From the NCBI GenBank assembly GCA_039801885.1, contig JBDRVN010000005.1, positions 1 through 48,032 of the forward strand: a DNA stretch of 48,032 nt, read 5' to 3'. This stretch comes from a candidate division WOR-3 bacterium (lineage in GTDB: Bacteria > Hydrothermota > Tepidihabitantia > Tepidihabitantales > DTDR01). How positions within the stretch are numbered: the first letter of the stretch is position 1; the number at the start of each line of letters is the position of its first letter. The translations under genes and the position numbers were made by a program. Of this stretch, positions 29,801 through 38,278 are shown in pieces. The notes below the pieces were generated by a model. That model was not told where the DNA came from. It did no database searches and worked only from the letters and a program-made list of their open reading frames with translations.

Positions 29801-30581
29801 CCTTTTAAAAAGAATAATTATTGCTTTACTTTTCGGCGGTTTATTAATTTTTTGTTCTTTTAATAATTTTTTACTTCTTCTTTATTTGCAAATATTTCTA
29901 TTCATTGCTGGCTTAGAGCTTATTAGAATATACCGTCTGCGTCTTTCTAATTTTAGTTGGATTTACTATTTTTATCCTTTTTTAAATATTCCCCTACTGA
30001 TATTTTTTTATTTTCAAAAAAGGATAGATGGGTTATTATTTATTTACTTCGTCATTCTTACGATTATTACCTTATTAAGAAGGCCGATAACAATAGAGAA
30101 TCTGGTTTTTGGTCTTTTTTATTTTGTTTATTTAGGTATTTTACCGGCGCACATCTTTTTATTAAAATATCTAATTAATCAAAAAAGTCTTTCTCCTTGG
30201 GTTTTTTTGTTCCCTATATTTTTTACGTGGTTTAATGATACCGTTGCTTATATTTTTGGTAGTCTTCTGGGAAAGCATAGAATTGCTAAAGATATTAGTC
30301 CTAACAAAAGTGTTGAAGGATTGGTTTTCAGCATAATTTTCTCAATTCCTTTTACTTTTTTATATTTAAGAAAAATGGATAGCTTTCTAAATCTTTCTAT
30401 CTTAAGCTTTTCTCTAAGTTTTTTAGCCTTTTTGGGTGATTTGTTAGAATCTTTAATGAAAAGAGAAGCTAAGCTTAAAGATAGTTCTAACTTATTGCTC
30501 GCCCACGGTGGTTTTTTAGATCGAATTGATAGTTTACTTTTTACTATTCCGGGATTTTATTATTTTTTAATAAGTAAATAG
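29793..30581 (+). CDS. cdsA: Phosphatidate cytidylyltransferase
   Basis: ISPNKSVEG, GDLLES..KR...KDS, HGGFLDRIDS; multiple TMs. Confidence 0.95.
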   Translation: MNNLLKRIIIALLFGGLLIFCSFNNFLLLLYLQIFLFIAGLELIRIYRLRLSNFSWIYYFYPFLNIPLLIFFYFQKRIDGLLFIYFVILTIITLLRRPITIENLVFGLFYFVYLGILPAHIFLLKYLINQKSLSPWVFLFPIFFTWFNDTVAYIFGSLLGKHRIAKDISPNKSVEGLVFSIIFSIPFTFLYLRKMDSFLNLSILSFSLSFLAFLGDLLESLMKREAKLKDSSNLLLAHGGFLDRIDSLLFTIPGFYYFLISK

Positions 30582-30758
30582 ATGAAGAAAAAGGTTAGTT
30601 TTCGAATTTCTCGTTATCAAATAGTGAAATCTTTGTCGCGACAAAAAAGAATTGTTAAACCCACTAAGGTTTTTGAAAGCAAAAAATTATATAAAAGAGC
30701 TGAGAAAAAGGAAGAATTAAGAAAAAGGATAAAAAAAGATATTGAAGATAATCAATAA
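30582..30758 (+). CDS. Small basic hypothetical protein (58 aa); not in the ORF track
   Basis: ATG immediately follows the cdsA stop; manual translation MKKKVSFRISRYQIVKSLSRQKRIVKPTKVFESKKLYKRAEKKEELRKRIKKDIEDNQ fills the gap. Confidence 0.7.
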   Translation: MKKKVSFRISRYQIVKSLSRQKRIVKPTKVFESKKLYKRAEKKEELRKRIKKDIEDNQ

Positions 30759-30776
30759 TTTTAGTAAAATATCAAA

Positions 30777-31325
30777 ATGAAAAGAGAAGAAGCTTTAAAA
30801 TTAATCGATAATTTTATCAAAAACGAAAATTTAAAGAAACATTCGTTAGCAGTAGAAGCGTGTATGCGAAGATTAGCAAAGTATTTTAATGAGGATGAAG
30901 AAAAATGGGGATTATGTGGATTGCTTCATGATTTGGATTATGAAGAAACTAATAGGAATCCAGAAAATCACGGGATTAGAACAGTAGAAATTTTAAAAGA
31001 GAGAAATTTTAACGATGAAGAAGTCTTAAACGGAATTCTTGCCCATTGTGAAAAGAAAAATCCCGAAAATAAATTAGAAAAAGCAATTTATGCAATTGAT
31101 CCATTAACCGGTCTTATCATTGCTGCTTGTTTGATGCATCCTGATAAAAAATTAAGAAGTTTAGATGTTAATTTTGTTTTGAGACGTTTTAAAGAGAAAA
31201 AATTTGCTGCCGGAGCTAATCGGGAACAGATAAAAAAATGTGAAGAGATTGGTTTAAATTTAGAAAGATTTATTGAATTTTGTCTTTCAGCAATGCAAGA
31301 AATAGCCGAAATCCTTGGTTTATGA
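30777..31325 (+). CDS. HD-domain (HDIG-type) phosphohydrolase
   Basis: [36 protein letters not shown]. Confidence 0.88.
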   Translation: MKREEALKLIDNFIKNENLKKHSLAVEACMRRLAKYFNEDEEKWGLCGLLHDLDYEETNRNPENHGIRTVEILKERNFNDEEVLNGILAHCEKKNPENKLEKAIYAIDPLTGLIIAACLMHPDKKLRSLDVNFVLRRFKEKKFAAGANREQIKKCEEIGLNLERFIEFCLSAMQEIAEILGL

Positions 31326-32188
31326 AGAAAAAAAGTTTTCAAGATATTATATTGACTTTACAATATTTTTGGAGCAAAAAAGGCTGTTTAATTTATTCTC
31401 CTTATAATTCTGAGGTGGGAGCAGGTACCTTTAATCCAGCAACTTTTTTTAAAGTTTTAGACGAAAAGCCTTGGCGAGTTTGTTATACGGAACCTTCTAA
31501 AAGACCAAGAGATGGTAGATATTGCAAAAATCCCTTAAGAGTGCAACAATATTGGCAACTCCAAATTATTTTAAAACCAGCGCCCAAGAATATTCAAGAA
31601 CTTTATCTAAAAAGTTTAGAGGCGATAGGTATTAATTTAAAAAACAACGATATTAAATTTATCGAAGATGACTGGGAATCGCCAACGTTGGGTGCCTGGG
31701 GTGTGGGATGGCAAGTGGAACTTAATGGTATTGAAATAACTCAGTTTACTTATTTTCAACAAATGGGAGGATTAGATTTAAAAGTTATACCAGTAGAGAT
31801 TACTTATGGGTTAGAAAGAATAGCAATGTTTTTGCAAAAAGTTTTTTCAATCTTTCAAATTGAATGGAATAGAAATCATACTTGGGGTGATATATATTTT
31901 CAAAATGAAGAAGAATTTTCTTTTTTCAATTTTGAAGAAGTCCTTCCAGAAGAATATTTAAAATTATTCAATTTTTATGAGAAAGAGGCAAAAAGACTAT
32001 TAGAAAAAGGTTTAGTTTACCCGGGATATGATTATGTAATCAAATGTTCTCATACTTTTAATCTTTTAGAAGCCCGAGGAGTTATTAGTGTTTCTGAAAG
32101 AACAAATTATATAAAAAGAATAAGAGATTTAGCAAAATTAGCAGCCATAAAATACTTAGCAAAAAATAACACCTCTGGAACTTCCTAA
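31322..32188 (+). CDS. glyQ: Glycine--tRNA ligase alpha subunit
   Basis: [40 protein letters not shown]; start moved to ATG 31322. Confidence 0.97.
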   Translation: MKKKSFQDIILTLQYFWSKKGCLIYSPYNSEVGAGTFNPATFFKVLDEKPWRVCYTEPSKRPRDGRYCKNPLRVQQYWQLQIILKPAPKNIQELYLKSLEAIGINLKNNDIKFIEDDWESPTLGAWGVGWQVELNGIEITQFTYFQQMGGLDLKVIPVEITYGLERIAMFLQKVFSIFQIEWNRNHTWGDIYFQNEEEFSFFNFEEVLPEEYLKLFNFYEKEAKRLLEKGLVYPGYDYVIKCSHTFNLLEARGVISVSERTNYIKRIRDLAKLAAIKYLAKNNTSGTS

Positions 32189-32242
32189 CTTTTTCTTTAT
32201 CTAAGTTTTTAAATATCAAAAGGTTATCTTAATCTTTCATTA

Positions 32243-32270
32243 TTGACATTTTTAAAATTAATAATAAAAT
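32243..32270 (+). promoter_or_regulatory. Promoter of the putative exopolysaccharide operon
   Basis: TTGACA-16-TAAAAT, then GAGGA SD before ATG 32295. Confidence 0.65.
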
Positions 32271-32294
32271 CTTATTTGTATTGAGGACTGGGCT

Positions 32295-33317
32295 ATGGAA
32301 AGAGATTTAATAAAAAGTGGAATAGAAGAAGTTGATAATATTTGGGGCGGATTTAATTTTGGCTACGGTTATTTATTAATTTCGGAGAACGAAGAGACAA
32401 ATAGAGAAATTCTGTTAAAATATGTTAATAAGATTTTAAATAAGGACCAACAAATTTTATATTTTGTCTGTTTAAAAACTGAAGATTTTTTACAAAAGGC
32501 AAAAGAAATTATTCCGGATATTGATGAGTATGTGAAAAGAAATTTATTTTTTATTCATTTTATCAATTCCGAATTTTTAAAAACAAGAGAGGATAAAAAA
32601 ATAATTTTCGCCTTAACTTCTTTGAAAAAGATTTTGATTAAAGAAAAAGCCAATCAAATAATTATTGATAATTTCAGTTATTTTCTTAATTTTGAAAATT
32701 TAGAAAAATTTTACAAAGAAATTTTTGAATTCTTTATGATATTAAGAGAATACTCTTATATTGGGTTTTTTTCTTTAACTAAGAATTTTGTAGAAGAAAA
32801 TAACCAAATTTTCTCCTTCCTGAAAGAAATTTCGGCAGGGTTAATTTTCTACGAAGAAAATAAGTGCCGTTTATTTTCACGGTTTTCTCATCAAGAAGGA
32901 ATTTTTAAAAAAGAGGAATTTTTTATTCCGGAATTTCCCCAAAATTTAACGGATCAAGATGGCTATACCGGACTCTACAATTATCAAGGATTTAAACAGA
33001 TTTTAGATAATTTAATTGAGAAAAAAGTTGGCTTCTCTCTTTTTGGTTATCAAATTTTGACCGATCTAGCTGACCATTTAAAAAGAATTTTTCTTCACCG
33101 AATAACCAAGATTTTGAAAGAAAAAGGAATAAAGGTTCCAGCGATGCGTTATCAAGATAGGATTTATTTATTGTTTTTAAATAATCGAGAGAAAATAGAA
33201 GACTGTAAAAGAATTATTAACGAAGAAGAAGTTGCTGGCGGAATAAAAATTGTTAATTTTATATATCATTATCCGGTAGACTTTCAAACCGGCGAAGAAT
33301 TGGAGAAAATTTTATGA
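32295..33317 (+). CDS. Degenerate RecA/KaiC(RAD55)-fold domain fused to a degenerate GGDEF-like domain
   Basis: IKSGIEEVDNIWGGF (cf. I.TGI..LD..LGGG) and IIIDNFS (Walker B-like) without a GxxGxGKT P-loop; DGYTGLYNYQGF (cf. D.LTGL.NRR.F); RYQDRIY in place of RYGGDEF. Confidence 0.6.
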   Translation: MERDLIKSGIEEVDNIWGGFNFGYGYLLISENEETNREILLKYVNKILNKDQQILYFVCLKTEDFLQKAKEIIPDIDEYVKRNLFFIHFINSEFLKTREDKKIIFALTSLKKILIKEKANQIIIDNFSYFLNFENLEKFYKEIFEFFMILREYSYIGFFSLTKNFVEENNQIFSFLKEISAGLIFYEENKCRLFSRFSHQEGIFKKEEFFIPEFPQNLTDQDGYTGLYNYQGFKQILDNLIEKKVGFSLFGYQILTDLADHLKRIFLHRITKILKEKGIKVPAMRYQDRIYLLFLNNREKIEDCKRIINEEEVAGGIKIVNFIYHYPVDFQTGEELEKIL

Positions 33318-34876
33318 AGACTTTTTTAATTATTTTAATACTTTTTTCTTACAATGAATTAGAAAAGGCAAAAGAATTATACGAAAAGGGGATATATTTA
33401 GAGGCAATTTATTATTTAAATAAATACCTTAAAAAAAATCCATTAGATAAAGAAGCCGGAGATTTAAAAAGAAAAATTCTTTTAGGATTGAATTTAGCAG
33501 ATTCGACAGAAAAAATGGATAATTCTTATAATATTTCTAAACCACAAAAGAGAATTAAAAAGATTGAAAAAAGAGAATCTCAATATTCAAAAATATTGTT
33601 AAATGCCCGAAAAGCAAAAGAAGAGGGCGATTATTTTAAAAGTCTTTATTTTTATGAAAACTTTTTAAAAAAGGATACGAATGATAAAAAAATTTTTTAT
33701 GAAGTTGCCCAAATAAATAATTGGTTAGGATTTTTCAATAAGGCAATTTTTTATTACAATAAGTATTTAAATTACTTTCCGCAAGATAAAAGAGCTCGCT
33801 ATGAATTGGCCCTGGTTTATAGTTGGAATGGTAATTATGAAAAAGCATTAGGTATTTTAGATGAATTAGAAAAAGAGACAGCCGATATTAGAATTGATTT
33901 AGCCAAAGCGAGAATTTATAAATGGCAAAACGATTATTCGAATTCTTATCGGATTTATCAACAATTAAAAAATTTGTATCCGGAAAACGAAGATATTTTA
34001 AAAGAATATGAAGAAGTAAAAAGCAAAATGGAAGAAAAAGGGAAAAAGGAAGAAAAATCTGAATTTTTATATTCTTTTTCACCAATATTTTCTTATCAAC
34101 AAACAGCGGAAGAATGGCAGAGGATTTTATTGGGCTCGTATTTTCAGTTTAATTGGAATAAATTATCCTCTACTATTCTCTATGAATGGCAACAATGCCA
34201 AGAGGACGATAGTTTGCGAATAATAAATAAAATTGGTTTAAAAAACAAAATCAATTTTTTAGAAAATCTCTATCTTAATTTTAATATTTATTATTTAGCG
34301 ATAAAAAGAAGCGATGATTTAATTCTTTATGGTATTGGGGTCAATTATCAAAATCCGAAGTTGCTATTAAGTTTAGAATATAATAAAAAACCGATTTGGG
34401 AAGAGGTTTATAAAATAAATACTTGTTATCGTTTATTAACAGCCGATGCTATTTGGGGAGGGATATATTATCAACCTTTCAAATTTTTAGGTTTTGACGG
34501 AAGTTATCAGTACAATCTTTATAGTGATAAAAATGAAGCGAATAATTTAAATTTTAAACTACATTTTTTACCCTTTAATAATTTAAAATTTGGTTATCAT
34601 TATTATTTTCTAAATTATCTTATGGAAAAAGAGGAATATTGGTCACCAAAATTTTACGAAGTCCATTCAGCATTTTTAAATATTTGGGCAGAAAATTTTG
34701 AAATATTTTTTGAATTGGGGAAACCTATTGATTTTTCTTTTTTAGAAAAAAATCTCTCAATCGCTTTTAGAATAAAATTAGTTAAAAATTTCTTTTTACT
34801 ACTGAACGGCAAATACGGCGAAACTTATTATTACAAAATTGGTGAAGGAACTATCGGTTTTGAATATTTATGGTAA
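33314..34876 (+). CDS. TPR-repeat protein with probable C-terminal outer-membrane beta-barrel (PgaA/BcsC/PelB-like export scaffold)
   Basis: Short signal peptide; TPR repeats such as ARYELALVYSWNGNYEKA; aromatic alternating C-terminal half with EYWSPK; ends GFEYLW. Confidence 0.7.
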   Translation: MKTFLIILILFSYNELEKAKELYEKGIYLEAIYYLNKYLKKNPLDKEAGDLKRKILLGLNLADSTEKMDNSYNISKPQKRIKKIEKRESQYSKILLNARKAKEEGDYFKSLYFYENFLKKDTNDKKIFYEVAQINNWLGFFNKAIFYYNKYLNYFPQDKRARYELALVYSWNGNYEKALGILDELEKETADIRIDLAKARIYKWQNDYSNSYRIYQQLKNLYPENEDILKEYEEVKSKMEEKGKKEEKSEFLYSFSPIFSYQQTAEEWQRILLGSYFQFNWNKLSSTILYEWQQCQEDDSLRIINKIGLKNKINFLENLYLNFNIYYLAIKRSDDLILYGIGVNYQNPKLLLSLEYNKKPIWEEVYKINTCYRLLTADAIWGGIYYQPFKFLGFDGSYQYNLYSDKNEANNLNFKLHFLPFNNLKFGYHYYFLNYLMEKEEYWSPKFYEVHSAFLNIWAENFEIFFELGKPIDFSFLEKNLSIAFRIKLVKNFFLLLNGKYGETYYYKIGEGTIGFEYLW

Positions 34877-34877
34877 A

Positions 34878-36260
34878 ATGAGAGAGAAGAAGTTTTTTAT
34901 TACTTTAATTTTACTGATAGTTATCACAATCGGTTGTATTTATCTTTTATCCTTTATTAAAGAAAAAATTAATTTAAGTTATGCCCATATTTTTATGCTC
35001 AGTCTCACGGTTCTTTTGCTTTCCTTTTTTATTTTATTACTTTTCCGTTATTTAATAATCCTTATTCTCTCTCTTCTTGCCCATTTCCGCTATAAAAAGG
35101 AATTACTTAAGGAAGAAAACTTAAAAACGGTCTCTATTATTATGCCCGTTTATAATGAGGAAAAGATTTTAGGTGTGGTAATTAATTCTTTATTAAATTT
35201 AAATTATCCAAAAGATAAATATGAGATTATTATTATTGATGATGGTTCAAAAGATAATTCTTATTCAATTGCTTATCAATTTTTGAAAAATGAGCAAGGG
35301 ATAAAATTAAAATTGTTAAGGCAGGAAAATCAAGGAAAGGCTAAGGCATTGAATCGGGGTATTTCGGAAAGTAATGGTGAGATTATCGTTTGTATCGATT
35401 CGGATTGTGTGGTAACCAAGAATTCTTTGATTTATGGAGTAAGACATTTTCAAGATGAAAAGGTGGGAGCGGTTGCCGGCAATGTGAAGATTTGGAATCA
35501 AGATAAATTATTTGTGAAATTGCAGGCGTTAGAATATATGGAAGGTTTGAATTTCACTCGGCAGGCATTAAGCTTTTTAAACAAAGTTAATATTGTGCCC
35601 GGCGCAATTGGCTTTTTCCGTAGAGAAGTTTTAGAGAAAGTTGGTTTATATAATGGAAATATTTACGCGGAAGATTGTGATTTAACATTAAGAATATTAA
35701 AGGCTGGCTATAAAGTTATCTATGAACCCAAGGCGGTTGTTTATACCGAGGCTCCGGAGAGCATTAATTGTCTTTTTAAACAAAGGTATCGGTGGACAAG
35801 GGGTATTTTACAAGCAGCCGGAAAAAATAATCATCTTCTTTATCATTCTAATGCTTCCTTTTCTTTAATTTTGAGTTATCTATTATTAATTTACGAAGCC
35901 TTTTTCTGGCCAGCAATGAATTTAATTGCCCATTTGTTTTTTACACTTTTGGCGCTTCTTTACGGATTTATTCCTTTTCTTTTTATTTGGTGGCTTTCTT
36001 TAACCCTTCTTGATTTTAGTTCAGCTTGTTATGCTTACGTTAGCGATAAGAAAAGCGAAAATAATGCTTACAATAACAAAAAGATTGTTTTTTCCCATTT
36101 ACCTTTTTTGGTTTTAATCTATCGTCTTTTTTATCTTTTATTGATTGATACTATAAAGGTTTTTGCCTTTTTAGAAGAAATTTTAAATTTAGAAATGGGC
36201 TGGCAAAGGATAAAAATTACTGGCAAACTTAATGGATATATAGTAAAGGAGAAGTTATGA
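34878..36260 (+). CDS. Processive GT2 glycosyltransferase, PgaC/IcaA-like polysaccharide synthase
   Basis: DDGSKD, GKAKALN, DSD, AEDCDL and QRYRW (D,D,D,QxxRW) motifs; N- and C-terminal TMs; start moved to ATG 34878. Confidence 0.88.
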   Translation: MREKKFFITLILLIVITIGCIYLLSFIKEKINLSYAHIFMLSLTVLLLSFFILLLFRYLIILILSLLAHFRYKKELLKEENLKTVSIIMPVYNEEKILGVVINSLLNLNYPKDKYEIIIIDDGSKDNSYSIAYQFLKNEQGIKLKLLRQENQGKAKALNRGISESNGEIIVCIDSDCVVTKNSLIYGVRHFQDEKVGAVAGNVKIWNQDKLFVKLQALEYMEGLNFTRQALSFLNKVNIVPGAIGFFRREVLEKVGLYNGNIYAEDCDLTLRILKAGYKVIYEPKAVVYTEAPESINCLFKQRYRWTRGILQAAGKNNHLLYHSNASFSLILSYLLLIYEAFFWPAMNLIAHLFFTLLALLYGFIPFLFIWWLSLTLLDFSSACYAYVSDKKSENNAYNNKKIVFSHLPFLVLIYRLFYLLLIDTIKVFAFLEEILNLEMGWQRIKITGKLNGYIVKEKL

Positions 36261-36460
36261 GAGAAATAATTACCATCCTTTCAGCAATTGTTTTGGGTGT
36301 TACTCTAATTACTTTGATTTTTTCATTAGTGATTTATATTTTATTTCGTTTAAAGATAAATAGAAAAGAAAATTTAAATAATAAAAAGATAAAAACAGAA
36401 AAAGAAATAGAAGAAGAAATTTTTATCCGCTACCAACCGAAAGAGGATGAGAAAAATTAA
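36257..36460 (+). CDS. Small single-pass membrane protein (67 aa)
   Basis: One N-terminal hydrophobic helix and a charged tail; ATGA overlap with the GT2 gene; AAGGAG SD. Confidence 0.75.
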   Translation: MREIITILSAIVLGVTLITLIFSLVIYILFRLKINRKENLNNKKIKTEKEIEEEIFIRYQPKEDEKN

Positions 36461-38135
36461 CCTTTGGTTTCTTCTTTTAATTTTTTTTATTTTTCTTTTA
36501 TTTCTCCTTACGGCTCTTGGGCTTACTCAATTGGTAATAAAAAAACCGGAATTTTATTCAATAGTTAAAGAGGAAGAAGATACTTTACTAACTTCCGATA
36601 CCTTAAAATTATCTTTTCCCAAAGAGGGATATCTGCCTTTAAAAGGTTATGTGCTTACTAATAAAAATTTTATTTTTGATAACGAGATAAAAATTTTAAA
36701 AGAGATATTAAAAGATTTTTCGGAATTTGATTATCAAATAATTGATGAAAAGGTTTTTGAGAGATTATCAGAAGAGAAGGGAATCATTATTTTATTAGAA
36801 AAAACCAAATATGATATCAAGATAAGTGAGAAAGTCAAAGAAAAAGTTTATTCCGGTTGGGGAATTTTGGTAATTAAAAACCCCCAGACAAAAGAAGGTG
36901 TTTCTTTATTAAGTCATATTGGCGGCGTTATTCCAGTAGAAAATAACAAAATAGAATACCAAGAAATATTTCTTAAAGGAGAAACACCATTAACTTTTAA
37001 TATGAAAGTCGGAGATTTTTTAGGAATTGTTGGTGAAAAAAGTTATTATTTAAAGCCAGTGGAAAAGAGAGTAAATGGTTGTGGTTATTATAAATTTGAT
37101 AAAGAAGCAATTGTTTATGGTTTTTATAATAAAGGAAGATATGTTGCTTTAGGTTTTTCTTTAAATAGTTTAACAGGCGATTCTTTTACCCAAAGGAATA
37201 TTAGAATTTTATTTAGAAATATAATAAATTGGTTAACCAAAAGACCAGTAATTCAATTTAAATATTGGCCAAACAATAAAGAGTATGCTTTTATTTTTAC
37301 TTGCGATGTAGAACACCAAGGTGAAAATTGGCATAAAATTAAAGAAATAGTAAATGATGGTACTTTCTTTTTCTTAACATCAGAATTTAAAAGTTTTGAT
37401 AAGAAAGAGATAAAAAATATTGAAATTGCTCTTCACGGACAAGGACACGAACCCTTAAAAAATAAAGATTATGAAAAGCAAGAAAGAATTATTTTAGAGG
37501 GGAAAAATTACTTAGAAAAAAGATTGAAAGAAAAGATTTTTGGTTTCCATCCACCCCTTTTGATGTATGATAATCTCACTTTAGAAATTCTTAAAAAATC
37601 TGATTTTCTTTATCTTCTTATAGAATATAAATTAGGTCTCCCTTTTTTGCCTTATTTTTCCTCAATAATTTCAATTCCTCAAACAATTCCGGATGATTAC
37701 GATTTGATCATAAGAAACGGAATAAAAAACCCAGATACTTTATTCACTTATTTTTTAAATTATATTGAAGAACTAAAAAGGATAAATGGGTTAATTGTTT
37801 TTAGTATTCATACCCATTTATTGGGCAATAGAGATTATCAGCCAGTAATAAAACAAATTATTGACTTGATAAAAAATGATAAAAATTGTTATTTTACCAA
37901 AGCAAAAGACATTGCTCAATGGTGGCAAAAAAGGTCAAAGATAGAAATTGATTTTAAAGAGAATAAAACAGATGAGATAATTATAGCAAACTTTAGCCCT
38001 GAAGATATTGAAGGGATTGTTATAAAGTATTATCCTTCAACTAATGAAATATCAGAGAGAGAGATTACAATTGATATTAAAAAATTGGCTAAAAGAGAAA
38101 AAAGAAAAATATATATTATTTACCAAGATCATTAA
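36447..38135 (+). CDS. Membrane-anchored polysaccharide deacetylase (CE4/NodB-like) with an extra N-terminal domain
   Basis: FTCDVE, ALHGQGH, GFHPP, PDDYD and SIHTH correspond to CE4 motifs 1-5; N-terminal TM anchor. Confidence 0.78.
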   Translation: MRKINLWFLLLIFFIFLLFLLTALGLTQLVIKKPEFYSIVKEEEDTLLTSDTLKLSFPKEGYLPLKGYVLTNKNFIFDNEIKILKEILKDFSEFDYQIIDEKVFERLSEEKGIIILLEKTKYDIKISEKVKEKVYSGWGILVIKNPQTKEGVSLLSHIGGVIPVENNKIEYQEIFLKGETPLTFNMKVGDFLGIVGEKSYYLKPVEKRVNGCGYYKFDKEAIVYGFYNKGRYVALGFSLNSLTGDSFTQRNIRILFRNIINWLTKRPVIQFKYWPNNKEYAFIFTCDVEHQGENWHKIKEIVNDGTFFFLTSEFKSFDKKEIKNIEIALHGQGHEPLKNKDYEKQERIILEGKNYLEKRLKEKIFGFHPPLLMYDNLTLEILKKSDFLYLLIEYKLGLPFLPYFSSIISIPQTIPDDYDLIIRNGIKNPDTLFTYFLNYIEELKRINGLIVFSIHTHLLGNRDYQPVIKQIIDLIKNDKNCYFTKAKDIAQWWQKRSKIEIDFKENKTDEIIIANFSPEDIEGIVIKYYPSTNEISEREITIDIKKLAKREKRKIYIIYQDH

Positions 38136-38169
38136 TAAAAAGATTTAAAATTTAGATAGAAAATTAAAC

Positions 38170-38203
38170 AGATAACTATACTATATCCTATATAGCTCCC
38201 TAT
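38170..38203 (+). repeat. 34-bp dispersed repeat, copy 2
   Basis: AGATAACTATACTATATCCTATATAGCTCCCTAT; 29/34 identical to the reverse complement of 2714-2747. Confidence 0.6.
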
Positions 38204-38278
38204 CTAACTAAATATAAATTATTAATTATAATATATAATAATAAAAAATCAATATTTAAAGCTTCTCTTAAGTTTTTA

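Noticed and set aside
32295-33317. Circadian KaiC or active diguanylate cyclase
   Set aside because: No Walker A, single RecA-like domain, no kaiB, and no GG(D/E)EF motif.
38136-38278. Intrinsic terminator between convergent operons
   Set aside because: No GC-rich stem followed by a U-tract; only weak AT hairpins. I found no convincing intrinsic terminator elsewhere in the window either.
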